In this document: positions 49,134-59,097 of the stretch, piece after piece
Layout: each line of letters starts with the position of its first letter
How positions within the stretch are numbered: the stretch's first letter is position 1
NCBI GenBank assembly: GCA_963719515.1
Contig: CAVRCJ010000014.1
Location: forward strand, 64,001 to 128,000
Source of the DNA: an uncultured cyanobacterium
GTDB lineage: Bacteria > Cyanobacteriota > Cyanobacteriia > CAKZMO01
Direction of reading: 5' to 3'
Length of the DNA: 64,000 nt
Position numbers and translations under genes: made by a program
Notes under the pieces: model-generated
Database searches by the model: none
Seen by the model: only the letters and a program-made list of their open reading frames with translations
Told to the model about the DNA's origin: nothing

Positions 49134-50936
49134 CTACGGCATGCGGTCGTATCGGTTGAGACGAAGCAGTAGACGGACCAAGGCTACCCCCGTCGCAAGA
49201 CTAGCTAAACCTGCCAAGCATGCCAGAAAAACGTAGCCGCTGACCAACAAAATGGTAGCAGACAGGACGAAGGCAACGACCAGTAAGGTGTAGTTCGTTC
49301 CCATGTTGACGCTACCGATGCGCCTAAGTTCCCGGTCGGTTTCAATCGACCTAATGCGAATCCGCAGGTCGCCTCGGTCGAGCTTGCCAATGGTGTTGTC
49401 TATGCGCTGGGGCAAGCCAAACGCTGTTGTGCCAACCTGGGCCGCCTGACGGCTAATTTCGTTCAAAAGGCCGTTAGAGGATGAGGGGGTTTCGTTGGTC
49501 ATAAGCTCTAGCGCAAACGGACGCGCTACCTCCATAAAATTGAATTCTGGATCAAGCCCTTTGCCTACTCCTTCTAGAGTGGAGAACGCCCTCATGACAA
49601 AGGTAAACGTCGCTGGAAAGCGAAATGGCTGGTCGTAGGCGATTTCATAGAGGTCGTCGCTGATGGCGCTGACGGACTGAGCTTCAAACGGCTTGTCCAT
49701 GAAATTGTCCAGCATGAACTGGACCGAGCGCCGCACCGGACCCATATCTTCTGCCGGGGCTAGAGCTCCCAACTCAACTAGCGAGGTCACAACTCTGCCG
49801 GCGTCTTTCTGAGCAATACCAAAAAAGGTGTCCATGAGGCGATCGCGGGTCACCGTCTGAATTTGCCCCATCATGCCAAAGTCGTAAAAGATAAGCGCCC
49901 CGTCCGGACTAACCGCCAAGTTCCCGGGGTGCGGATCGGCGTGGAAAAAGCCGTCACGCAGCAGCTGGTGCAGATAGGCTTCTGCGCCCATACGAGCCAG
50001 CGCCTTGCGGTCGAGGCCAGCGGCATCCAGCGCATCATGGTGGCTAATTTTGATGCCGGGCATATACTCCAGAGTGAGCACCCTCGGAGAGGCATAGCGC
50101 CAGTACACCCGAGGCACTTTAGCCCACTCTTGCTCTCTAAAATTACGGCGAAACGTATCGGCGTTTCGTCCCTCGTTGAGGTACTCGATCTCTTCCCACA
50201 GGATGCGGCAGCACTCTTCGTAGATGCCCATCCAGTCGCGACCCCGCCCCCAATCGGGATGCTGCTGAAAGTAGCGGGCGATGCCCTTGAGAATATCTAG
50301 GTCAATCTCGAACAGCTTTTTGAGGCCGGGGCGCTGAATTTTGACAACAACGTCTTCCCCAGAATGGAGCCGTGCCCGGTGAACCTGACCTAAGCTTGCT
50401 GCAGCGAGGGGAATCGGGTCAAAGCTGGCGTATAGCTCAGAGATAGGCCTACCAAAATCGCTCCGAATGATCTCCTCAACCTGCTCGTAGTTGAAAGCAG
50501 GCACTCGGTCCTGCAGCTTGGAGAGTTCCTCGACGTATTCTGCAGGAAATAGGTCTGCTCGTGTCGAAAAGAGCTGACCTATTTTGATGAACGTCGGGCC
50601 CAGATCCAGCAGCATTTCGCGAATCCAGACGGCCAGCTTCCGGCGGCGCTGCGCTTGGGCCTCTTCAGTTACCGGTCCTTGATAGCTCCAGCCTTGCCGG
50701 TAGCGCCACCGAGAGGCAATCAGGCGCAGCACAAAAGTCCAGATATGAAGAAATCGCTCTGGCTTGGAGTAGCGATCGCGACTCCAGCTGTAGATTTTTC
50801 CGGGATTTGCGGGCGCATCAGCGCCGTTGAGTACAGCGCTCGTCATGAGAATTGTCGCGTCGCTCGAAAGTTGAGACATCGCTGCGTCACTCTCAGGAGG
50901 CTCGGGCAATGTGGAGGGGCTAGAGAGGAGGGACAC
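49134..50936 (-). CDS. ABC1/UbiB/AarF atypical kinase
   Basis: LGPTFIKIGQ, AAASLGQVH, HADPHPGN, DFGM. Confidence 0.93.
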   Translation of the reverse strand: MSLLSSPSTLPEPPESDAAMSQLSSDATILMTSAVLNGADAPANPGKIYSWSRDRYSKPERFLHIWTFVLRLIASRWRYRQGWSYQGPVTEEAQAQRRRKLAVWIREMLLDLGPTFIKIGQLFSTRADLFPAEYVEELSKLQDRVPAFNYEQVEEIIRSDFGRPISELYASFDPIPLAAASLGQVHRARLHSGEDVVVKIQRPGLKKLFEIDLDILKGIARYFQQHPDWGRGRDWMGIYEECCRILWEEIEYLNEGRNADTFRRNFREQEWAKVPRVYWRYASPRVLTLEYMPGIKISHHDALDAAGLDRKALARMGAEAYLHQLLRDGFFHADPHPGNLAVSPDGALIFYDFGMMGQIQTVTRDRLMDTFFGIAQKDAGRVVTSLVELGALAPAEDMGPVRRSVQFMLDNFMDKPFEAQSVSAISDDLYEIAYDQPFRFPATFTFVMRAFSTLEGVGKGLDPEFNFMEVARPFALELMTNETPSSSNGLLNEISRQAAQVGTTAFGLPQRIDNTIGKLDRGDLRIRIRSIETDRELRRIGSVNMGTNYTLLVVAFVLSATILLVSGYVFLACLAGLASLATGVALVRLLLRLNRYDRMP

Positions 50937-51090
50937 CTATAAATCTCATTAAACGTAGGTATTCAACAGGGAGGGAAGATTAATGATAATGTTAAAAGTC
51001 TTTAACAAAATTTACCACAACGACAAGGTTCACCGCTAGCCCCTTACCGGCGGCAAGTGAGATAACGATTACCCCACGGGCTGATGAAGT

Positions 51091-51432
51091 CTACGAGGCG
51101 GCGCGGTTGCGGTACCGCTGCAGCTCTGCTCTGAGCTGAGCAGTCTCAGCCCTGACGTCGTCAATCGTGGCCTGTAGTTCGGCTGGTGAGGTTGTCATCG
51201 GATTCGAAGACGAAGCGGGGGCTGTGGTGGCTACTTGCTGAGACGCTTGCTGCTCTTCATAAACGGCGCGCTCCATCACCTGCTCAGTGAACACACGCAG
51301 GTTTTCTCGCTGCTCAGCGTCAAATCGTCCAATCTCACTGAGCAGCTGCGTGACAGCAGCTTCGGCCTGCTCACCAATCGCTTCGGCTGCAGCTCGACCC
51401 ACAAAGAAAGCGCGAACTAACGGATCGCTCAT
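51091..51432 (-). CDS. conserved coiled-coil hypothetical protein
   Basis: AFFVGRAAAE, GRFDAEQRE, LRAELQRYR. Confidence 0.8.
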   Translation of the reverse strand: MSDPLVRAFFVGRAAAEAIGEQAEAAVTQLLSEIGRFDAEQRENLRVFTEQVMERAVYEEQQASQQVATTAPASSSNPMTTSPAELQATIDDVRAETAQLRAELQRYRNRAAS

Positions 51433-51592
51433 AATAATGCCTAACGGTTAATGTACTCGAAGTAACATAAATCTATGTATTCGCAAAGATTATAACGTTC
51501 TCAACATCTCTTGTGCGTCCCTCCACCGGTCACTTTACGGCGGTGTCTCAGACCCGCAGCACTCTAGCCCCCTTGCCAAACCCCCACAAATT

Positions 51593-52798
51593 TTGAATAG
51601 CATCAAGCTTAGATTAGAGCGGGCCGGCGTCAATCCTGCCTACAGCGGTTGGCTAATCGGGGGGTTGGCTGGATTCTTCTTTATGGCCGCGACCAACACC
51701 TTGGCGGGCTGGCTTTACCTTATAAGCGGCCTTATGGTAGCAATGCTTCTAGTGGCTATCTTATTGGTGAGGCGAGCCCTAGATGGCCTCGAAGTGAGGC
51801 TCTCGCCCCTACCTCCAATCCACGCTGGCGACCGGGTTTCTGTGGCACTTACTCTACACAACAGTCGCCCCGCGCCGAGCCAGCCCGTTCAGGTCATTAG
51901 CGGCTGGCCGCTGTCCTTAGCTGCGCCTGCTCAGATCACCGTCGAGAGTATTGCTGCCCGCACTGATCGGCGCTGCTTCCTAACCACTACCGCTGCCCAA
52001 CGCGGGCTTTACCGGTGGCCCAGCGTAATCCTGCGGACCGCTGCTCCTCTGGGGCTCTTTTGGTACCGCCGAGCCTCTCCGGCACCCGCCCGGCTCGCGG
52101 TCTATCCCCAGATTATTTCGCTATCGCGCTGTCCAATTCTTGATGACCTAACCGGTCTCAGCCTCCAGGACAACAGGCTGCTAGCACTGCGGCAGCGGCG
52201 TGCTGATTTGGACACGGCTGGAACGATGCGATCGCTGCGGCCGTATCGCTGGGGCGACCCACTGCGGCTGGTTCACTGGCGATCGAGCGCTCGCTACGGG
52301 CAGCTGCGGACGCGGGAGATGGAGGAGTCTTTCAATCAGCGTCAGATTACGGTCGCCCTCGATCAGGGCAGCTGGCAAGCAGACCACTTCGAGCAGGCCG
52401 TGACGGTAGCAGCCTCACTGGTCCGCTACGCCCTCGACCATCGAATCGGCGTCCAGCTATGGACTGCTGAAACCGGGGCGGTGACGGACGTGACCGCTAT
52501 GATGGAGACGCTGGCCCAGATTGATTTCGAGGCTGGAGGCGAGGCTGGGACTGTTGAGGGTAGCCCCGATAGGCTGAGTAGCGCTCACAGCGCCTCGAAT
52601 TGCTCTGGTCAGGAGGGCTACATTGGCCTGACGTCTGATTTGTCCGGTGGGTCTCGACCTATGCAGGCAGGCATCCCTCAGGCCTGGGTTGTTTGGCCAG
52701 CGCGGCTCGCCAAAGCCTACCCCAAAGAAGTCGATGGCGCTGAGGTCCTTCAAATCCGGCCCGACCAGCCCCTGCAGCCCCAGCTCCAGCGTAAATAG
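51593..52798 (+). CDS. DUF58 family protein
   Basis: APLGLF, LRPYRWGD..VHWRSSAR, FEQAV; start uncertain. Confidence 0.85.
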   Translation: MNSIKLRLERAGVNPAYSGWLIGGLAGFFFMAATNTLAGWLYLISGLMVAMLLVAILLVRRALDGLEVRLSPLPPIHAGDRVSVALTLHNSRPAPSQPVQVISGWPLSLAAPAQITVESIAARTDRRCFLTTTAAQRGLYRWPSVILRTAAPLGLFWYRRASPAPARLAVYPQIISLSRCPILDDLTGLSLQDNRLLALRQRRADLDTAGTMRSLRPYRWGDPLRLVHWRSSARYGQLRTREMEESFNQRQITVALDQGSWQADHFEQAVTVAASLVRYALDHRIGVQLWTAETGAVTDVTAMMETLAQIDFEAGGEAGTVEGSPDRLSSAHSASNCSGQEGYIGLTSDLSGGSRPMQAGIPQAWVVWPARLAKAYPKEVDGAEVLQIRPDQPLQPQLQRK

Positions 52799-52819
52799 TT
52801 GTCCTAGAGGAGTTGACAG

Positions 52820-53209
52820 ATGGAAGCGATCGCGCAGGAGTTCAACGGCGGCATCGCGCAGTTCAATCGCGGCGAGTTTTACGCCTGCCACGACACTTTA
52901 GAAGCGCTGTGGATGGAGGCAAGCGACCCAAACCGGTCCTTTCTTCAGGGTATTTTGCAGATTGCCGTCGGCCTCTACCACCTGACAAATCACAATTGGC
53001 AGGGCGCGGTCACTCTCTTGGGCAACGGCATCAATCGGCTACGTTCCTACAGGCCAAACTACGGGAGCGTGGATGTCGAGCATCTGCTAGCTTGGACGAC
53101 TGGTTTGCTTCAAGATCTGCAAATAGCGGGACCAGAGGCTGTAGTCGAGGGGGCTGAGCGCCTGTTATCGGGCTTTGAGACAGAGTCATACACCATCCGC
53201 AGCCTCTAA
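52820..53209 (+). CDS. DUF309 family protein
   Basis: FYACHDTLEALW, QGILQIAVGLYH. Confidence 0.88.
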   Translation: MEAIAQEFNGGIAQFNRGEFYACHDTLEALWMEASDPNRSFLQGILQIAVGLYHLTNHNWQGAVTLLGNGINRLRSYRPNYGSVDVEHLLAWTTGLLQDLQIAGPEAVVEGAERLLSGFETESYTIRSL

Positions 53210-53388
53210 GGGCAGCTTTTAGAGGTAGCCTTCGGGGGAAAAGGTTCTAGCCGTGGCCGCGGTGGACTAAGTGTTCCACAGGCTGCAGCGACCAGTCGTT
53301 AGACTGGCCGGAGTGCTATTGCAGAATCTAAGCGAACGTCAGTATGCTTGGAGTACAGTCTTTACGCAGTTAACATCGCAGGTACGCT

Positions 53389-53889
53389 ATGCGCCCACGT
53401 TACGCCATCACTCTCAAAAAAGCGGTCTGGCTTGCTGGCGGTGCTGCGGTGGCTGCTGCGGCGATCGCCCCTCTGAGCGGGACTATGGTGGCCCAAGAAG
53501 CCCAAAGCCGGCAGCCCATCACGCTGCTCTCCGATGTTCAAGAGGCGAACGCTCAGACCGGTGTGGTCACCGCCCGGGGCAACGTGCAAATTTTCTACCC
53601 CGCCCGCGCTATGCAGGCCACCTCGGCTCAGGCCCAGTATTACAGTCGAGAGAGACGCATCGTTTTGACGGGCGATGTCTACGTGCTGCAGGACGGCAAC
53701 AGCATTCAGGGGGAGCGGATCACCTACCTTGTTGACGAGGGTCGCTTTTTGGCGCTTCCTGATGATGGAGAGCAGGTAGAATCGGTTTACCTGATTCCCA
53801 CAGAAGATGACGGCAGCGGTCCGGTGAGTGCGCCTGCCGCTGACTTTAACCCCAAGCCGGAATTTAAGGAGCCTGTCAGCACGCCCTAA
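53389..53889 (+). CDS. lptA: LptA/OstA family protein
   Basis: Signal peptide, SDVQEAN..ARGNVQ, LTGDV; directly upstream of lptB. Confidence 0.8.
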   Translation: MRPRYAITLKKAVWLAGGAAVAAAAIAPLSGTMVAQEAQSRQPITLLSDVQEANAQTGVVTARGNVQIFYPARAMQATSAQAQYYSRERRIVLTGDVYVLQDGNSIQGERITYLVDEGRFLALPDDGEQVESVYLIPTEDDGSGPVSAPAADFNPKPEFKEPVSTP

Positions 53890-53994
53890 GGTGGGCAGCG
53901 TTCCCGGTTTTGGTAGGATGAGTAACAGACTTATTTTATACCCTAGATAGATACAAAATAAGCGATCCGCCCCTGCTCCTGGGAGAGAACCGGT

Positions 53995-54723
53995 GTGAAA
54001 CTTAGGCTCGAAAATATCCGCAAGTCTTACGGTAAGCGACTTGTTGTCAACCGAGTTAACCTCTCGGTTTCGCAAGGAGAGGTGGTGGGCCTTTTGGGGC
54101 CAAACGGAGCGGGCAAGACGACTACCTTTTATATTGCAACGGGATTAGAGCAGCCCAACAGCGGCAAAGTTTGGCTCGATGAAGTGGAAATCACTGACTT
54201 GCCCATTCACCAGCGGGCGCGACTTGGCGTGGGCTATTTAGCCCAAGAGCCCAGCGTATTTAGGCATCTGAGCGTCACGGATAATATTCTACTGGTGCTT
54301 CAGCAGGCGGGGGTTTCGGCTTCTGAGCGAGGTAAGCGGCTGCAGCATCTGCTTCAAGAGTTTCGCTTAGAGACCGTTGCCCGAACCCCCGGAGGGCAAA
54401 TCTCTGGAGGAGAGCGCCGCCGCACCGAGCTGGCCCGAGCCCTAGCCGCCGGACCGAATGGCCCTAGCTTTCTGCTGCTGGACGAGCCGTTTACCGGCGT
54501 CGATCCCATTGCGGTAGGCGAGATTCAAGGCATTCTTTCGCAGCTGTGCAGTCAGGGGGTTGGCGTTTTGATTACGGACCACAACGTCCGGGAAACTTTA
54601 GCCATTACCGACAGAGCCTACATCATGCGGGAAGGCGAGACGCTAGCGGGGGGAAGCGCGGAGGAGCTTTACAGTAATCCCCTAGTTCGAAAATATTATT
54701 TGGGGGACAGCTTTCAACCCTAG
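53995..54723 (+). CDS. lptB: LPS export ATPase
   Basis: GPNGAGKTTTF, SGGERRR, DEPFTGVDP, TDHNVRETL, YLG. Confidence 0.94.
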   Translation: MKLRLENIRKSYGKRLVVNRVNLSVSQGEVVGLLGPNGAGKTTTFYIATGLEQPNSGKVWLDEVEITDLPIHQRARLGVGYLAQEPSVFRHLSVTDNILLVLQQAGVSASERGKRLQHLLQEFRLETVARTPGGQISGGERRRTELARALAAGPNGPSFLLLDEPFTGVDPIAVGEIQGILSQLCSQGVGVLITDHNVRETLAITDRAYIMREGETLAGGSAEELYSNPLVRKYYLGDSFQP

Positions 54724-54840
54724 CGATCGCGGTCTGAGCTATTATCGATTCGGCTAGCCGTTTGTCTAGCTTTCAGCTTACGGACGCCACAGCTACTCCT
54801 TCGACCTGCCCTTACTCACCTCGACTATCCATCGCAACCC

Positions 54841-56025
54841 ATGGCCTCAGGCGTCTCTCCCTCCCCGGTAAACAGCGCTGGCGATCGCCAGTGGCAGTTC
54901 GGTCCCGCTGTCATCGACCGCTACATCTTCGCCGAGCTGATTTTCCCATTCTTGTTTGGGGTAGGGGCATTTTCGTCCCTGGGCGTGTCGGTAGGGGCGC
55001 TGTTTGACCTAATCCGCCGTGTGTCTGAATACAATTTGCCGCTCACCGGTGCGTTTGAGATTGTGCTGCTCAAGCTGCCAGAGTTTATCTCGTATTCCTT
55101 TCCCATGTCGATTTTGCTGGCAACGCTGATGACCTACAGCCGCCTTTCCAGCGATAGCGAGCTGATCGCCATGAAGAGCTGTGGGATCAGCATCTATCGC
55201 ATCCTTGTGCCTGCGATTGTTCTTAGCCTGCTGGTCACCGGTTTGAATTTTGCCTTCAATGAGGTGATTGTCCCAGCGAGCAACTACCGGGCCTCGACGC
55301 GCCTAGAGCAGATTACGGGGGAAGAGCGCTGGGCGGCGTTTCAGGAGGAAAACATCCTCTACCAGGAATACCAAGACATTATTGGGGATGGCAAAGACGA
55401 AGTCTTGACTCGGCTGTTCTATGCCCGCCGCTTCGACGGCAATCAAATGTATGGGCTGACGGTTTTAGATTTTACTCAAGAGCGTCTCAACCAGGTGATT
55501 AGCGCTAAGTCTGCGGTGTGGAATCGCCCTCAGCAGACCTGGGACTTTTTTGAGGGCACTATTTACCTGATTGACGAAGACGGCTCCTACAGCAATATCC
55601 TTCGCTTTAATCAGCAGCAGATCAAGCTACCGCGAACGCCTCTCGATATCGCCTCTAACGAGCGGCGCGACCCCGACGAGATGAACCTACAGGAATCCTG
55701 GGAGCAGGTAGAGCTGCTCAAACAGAAGGGGAGTCAAGTTCGCATTCGTCGCCTGCTGATTCGCATTCACGAAAAGTATGCGCTTCCCTTCGCCTGTCTA
55801 ATATTTGGGGTGGTGGGGGCAGCTTTGGGCAGCCGCCTCAGCCGCACAGGGCGAGGCGTGAGCTTCGCCATCAGCATCGTGATTATCTTCGGCTACTATC
55901 TGATCTATTCTGTCTGTAGCGCCATGACCTATGCCGACGTCTTTTCCCCCGTCGTGGGCGCGTGGCTTCCCAATCTGCTGGGATTTGCCGTGGCGGGCTT
56001 TTTTATGATGCGGGCCGCAAGGTAG
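54841..56025 (+). CDS. LptF/LptG permease
   Basis: IDRYI, RLSSDSELIA, AWLPN. Confidence 0.9.
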   Translation: MASGVSPSPVNSAGDRQWQFGPAVIDRYIFAELIFPFLFGVGAFSSLGVSVGALFDLIRRVSEYNLPLTGAFEIVLLKLPEFISYSFPMSILLATLMTYSRLSSDSELIAMKSCGISIYRILVPAIVLSLLVTGLNFAFNEVIVPASNYRASTRLEQITGEERWAAFQEENILYQEYQDIIGDGKDEVLTRLFYARRFDGNQMYGLTVLDFTQERLNQVISAKSAVWNRPQQTWDFFEGTIYLIDEDGSYSNILRFNQQQIKLPRTPLDIASNERRDPDEMNLQESWEQVELLKQKGSQVRIRRLLIRIHEKYALPFACLIFGVVGAALGSRLSRTGRGVSFAISIVIIFGYYLIYSVCSAMTYADVFSPVVGAWLPNLLGFAVAGFFMMRAAR

Positions 56026-56135
56026 ACAAAAATATACCGCTAGCTCAAGTCGCGAAACGCTTAGAGCTAGCGGCACGTCTTAATTCTTAAGTCGGACGAC
56101 ATTACAAGCCGAATGAGGCTGCAAGCCGAGCAACG

Positions 56136-56627
56136 TTACGAAGCCGGAACAACCTGAACCACAAGCGCCCGCCGGTCAAAAGACTGCACCTTGCCCGCTT
56201 CTTTGAGATCTTCGATGACCCGCTCAAGCAGCTGAGCCGCGCGATCGCGGTGCTGGTGCTCTCGTCCCCGCAGGCGTACTTGAAATTTGACCGAGTCGCC
56301 CTTTTGCAGCCACTCTGTAGCGCGGTCAATGCGAATGCCGTAATCTGAATCGCCCACGTTGGGGCGCAGCTTCACTTCTTTCATCGAAGTTCGGCCAGTG
56401 CTTTGCTTTTGCCGCTTCTTTTGCTGATATTGATGCTTGCCGTAGTCTAGAATTTTGACCACGGGCGTGGCTTTCCCGTCCGAGACGACGACGAGGTCAA
56501 GCCCTGCTTCCTGGGCAATATCCAACGCCTCTCGGGTCTGCGTCATTCCACGGTTAGTGCCTTCGTGGTCAATTAGCAAAACCTGTGGAGCTTTAATGTT
56601 TTGGTTGATCAGTGCTTTCTTAGCGAT
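56136..56627 (-). CDS. infC: translation initiation factor IF-3, ATC start
   Basis: INQNI..VKILDYGK..KEVKLRP..RGRE; AAGGAG SD upstream of in-frame ATC 56627. Confidence 0.92.
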   Translation of the reverse strand: MAKKALINQNIKAPQVLLIDHEGTNRGMTQTREALDIAQEAGLDLVVVSDGKATPVVKILDYGKHQYQQKKRQKQSTGRTSMKEVKLRPNVGDSDYGIRIDRATEWLQKGDSVKFQVRLRGREHQHRDRAAQLLERVIEDLKEAGKVQSFDRRALVVQVVPAS

Positions 56628-56854
56628 AAGACCAGTCTCCTTTGAAAATTTGCGTCAAGTGCGTCAAGTCGACTCTAGATGCTAGCACATCTATTAAGAT
56701 GACTCTCTATAAGAATAACGCAAATCGCTTTGCCCCTGGATCTAACTCAGGTCGGATTGCCGATCAGCGCGAATCACGAGACCACTATTGCCTAAAATCC
56801 CTGAGGGCTAGTAGTATAATGGACTGTGCGAAAAAGATACCCACGCCTATTGTC

Positions 56855-57052
56855 ATGCCTAAGCTAAAAACCCGGAAAGCTGCTGCAAAGCGATTTCGCC
56901 GCAGCGGTAGCGGTAAAATCATGCGCCGTAAAGCGTTCCGTAACCATCTCCTAGAGCACAAAACCACCGACACCAAGCGTAAGCTCGGTCAGTTGGGTCA
57001 GGTTCATGAGACCGACGCTGACAACGTAGAGCTGATGCTTCCCTATTTGTAA
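56855..57052 (+). CDS. rpmI: 50S ribosomal protein L35
   Basis: [19 protein letters not shown]. Confidence 0.97.
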   Translation: MPKLKTRKAAAKRFRRSGSGKIMRRKAFRNHLLEHKTTDTKRKLGQLGQVHETDADNVELMLPYL

Positions 57053-57193
57053 AGCGCCCTTTTAGAGCTTGACGGATGTCCTCAGGGTCGATCTACTGAA
57101 TCAAGAAGTCGCCGTCCAAAGCGTCGCCGTCCGACAATCCTTTTGACGTGACGCCGCTAACTGAAACCCCCCGCCCATTAGGAGAAATTAAAC

Positions 57194-57550
57194 ATGCCAC
57201 GTGTAAAGCGCGGTAACGTCGCCCGCAAACGCCGCAAAAAGGTTCTTAAGCTTGCCAAAGGCTTTCGAGGCTCCCATTCAAAGCTGTTTCGCACCGCAAA
57301 CCAGCAGGTGATGAAAGCGCTGCGATACGCCTACCGCGATCGCCGCAACCGGAAGCGCGACTTCCGCCGCCTTTGGATTGCCCGCATCAATGCGGCGGCC
57401 CGGATGCAGGACATCAGCTACAGCCAGCTGCTGGGTAGCCTCAAAAAGGCGGACGTGCAGATCAACCGCAAAATGCTCGCCCAGATGGCGATCCTTGACC
57501 CCGACGGCTTCACGAAGGTGGTTGAAGTGGCCAAGGCGAGTCAAGCTTAG
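57194..57550 (+). CDS. rplT: 50S ribosomal protein L20
   Basis: [24 protein letters not shown]. Confidence 0.98.
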   Translation: MPRVKRGNVARKRRKKVLKLAKGFRGSHSKLFRTANQQVMKALRYAYRDRRNRKRDFRRLWIARINAAARMQDISYSQLLGSLKKADVQINRKMLAQMAILDPDGFTKVVEVAKASQA

Positions 57551-57594
57551 CTCGATTTATTCGAATTGACGCTGCTCAATAAGGCAAAGGCTGT

Positions 57595-58470
57595 ATGGGG
57601 TTAGTCGCCAAGGCTAGCGCTGCGCTAGGGGTTTTCGGTTGGCTCGGGGTTCTCTTGGGAACGCCCCTGACCTCCTCAGCCGCCGAGCTTGATACCATTC
57701 GAGAGCGCGGACATCTCGTTGTGGCCGTCAAAGCTAACCTGCCGCCCCTCGGCTTTGAGGGGGCGGACGGACGCCTTCAGGGTCTCGAGGTCGATATTGC
57801 GCGTCGACTAGCGGCGGAGCTTCTCGGTGATGCGACGGCGGTGGAGCTTGTGCCGGTGATGAATGCCGAGCGGATTTCCTTTCTTTTGGGCGATCGCGTG
57901 GATGTGGTTGTAGCTCAACTGGGCGTCACCGAACGGCGATCGCGACTGGTGAACTTCAGCCGCCCCTACTATTACGACGGTACGGCGCTAATTACGCGGC
58001 GACGAGACCTGCAGACATTCATAGACATCAAGACTGGGCCAGTGGCCGTACTGAGGGGAGCGAGCACAATTGACGCTCTCCGCTGGCATTTGGCCGGGGT
58101 TGAGCTACTGGGCGTCGGCTCCTACCAAGAGGCTTTTGCCCTACTGGAGTCGGGAGATGCGGTCGCTTTTGGCGGCGACGCCAGCGTTCTGACCGGCTGG
58201 CAGCAGGAGCACCCAGACTATCGACTGCTTCCGACCCTGCTCTCTGCTGAGGCGCTGGCGGTGGCCATGCCGAGAGGTCTGCAGTATCAAGCGCTCCACC
58301 AGCAGGTGGATGAGGCCATTGAGGACTGGACGGCCACCGGATGGCTGGGCGATCGCATTCGCTACTGGGGGCTCCCCTTCGATACGTTGGGGGAAACCCT
58401 CGAGCAGCTCCAGCTCCCTTTTGACGTCTCCCCTGCCGAAAACCTTAACGAATCTGGATCTCCGCAGTGA
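57595..58470 (+). CDS. amino-acid ABC transporter substrate-binding protein (family 3)
   Basis: IRERGHLVVAVK, GLEVDIAR, FSRPYY. Confidence 0.88.
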   Translation: MGLVAKASAALGVFGWLGVLLGTPLTSSAAELDTIRERGHLVVAVKANLPPLGFEGADGRLQGLEVDIARRLAAELLGDATAVELVPVMNAERISFLLGDRVDVVVAQLGVTERRSRLVNFSRPYYYDGTALITRRRDLQTFIDIKTGPVAVLRGASTIDALRWHLAGVELLGVGSYQEAFALLESGDAVAFGGDASVLTGWQQEHPDYRLLPTLLSAEALAVAMPRGLQYQALHQQVDEAIEDWTATGWLGDRIRYWGLPFDTLGETLEQLQLPFDVSPAENLNESGSPQ

Positions 58471-58530
58471 GGTTCAAGGGTTTCAGGTAAGCTGGAAAAG
58501 CGATCGTTACGAAGGTGGCTTGGCCAGGTT

Positions 58531-59061
58531 ATGGACGTTGATCTTCCAATTATTTATCTACTAGTGCTGGTGGGTCTGCTGGTGACAGCAGGCATACTTT
58601 TGTTTCGGCAGGTGCTTAAGACCCGCCGCGTGGAGTCTACGCTGTCTCGGCTAGAGAACAAGCTAACGAAAGAGAAAGGGACGGCTCAGGACTACTACGA
58701 ACTGGGCACCATCTATTTAGATAAGCGCCTCTACACCCAGTCCGTGACGCTGCTGAAAAAGGCCCTAAAGGCTAAGGATTTAGAAGGGGCAGAAAACAAG
58801 GCGCTGATTCAAAACGCCCTGGGCTTCACCTACGCGGCTCAAGAGCAGTATGACTTAGCCATCCGGCAGTACAAAGAATCGCTAGAAGGCATGCCAGAGT
58901 ACCCAACGGCGCTCAATAACTTAGGGTTTGCCTACGAGAAAAAGCAGCTCACAGCGCAGGCTTTGGAGGCCTATGAACAGGCACTGGCGCTTGACCCCAA
59001 GAATACCACCGCCAAGCGTCGTGCTGACTCGCTGCGCAAGCGACTTGTGCCCTCCAATTAG
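58531..59061 (+). CDS. ycf37: TPR protein, Ycf37-like PSI assembly factor
   Basis: N-terminal TM, YYELG, NALGF, ALNNLG. Confidence 0.8.
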   Translation: MDVDLPIIYLLVLVGLLVTAGILLFRQVLKTRRVESTLSRLENKLTKEKGTAQDYYELGTIYLDKRLYTQSVTLLKKALKAKDLEGAENKALIQNALGFTYAAQEQYDLAIRQYKESLEGMPEYPTALNNLGFAYEKKQLTAQALEAYEQALALDPKNTTAKRRADSLRKRLVPSN

Positions 59062-59097
59062 CGCCTGCTTTCCTCACCTTAAAATTCAACACAAGCC

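Noticed and set aside
57053..57193. Possible L20 leader RNA between rpmI and rplT
   Set aside because: Only a short GTCGCCGTCC duplication; no convincing structure.
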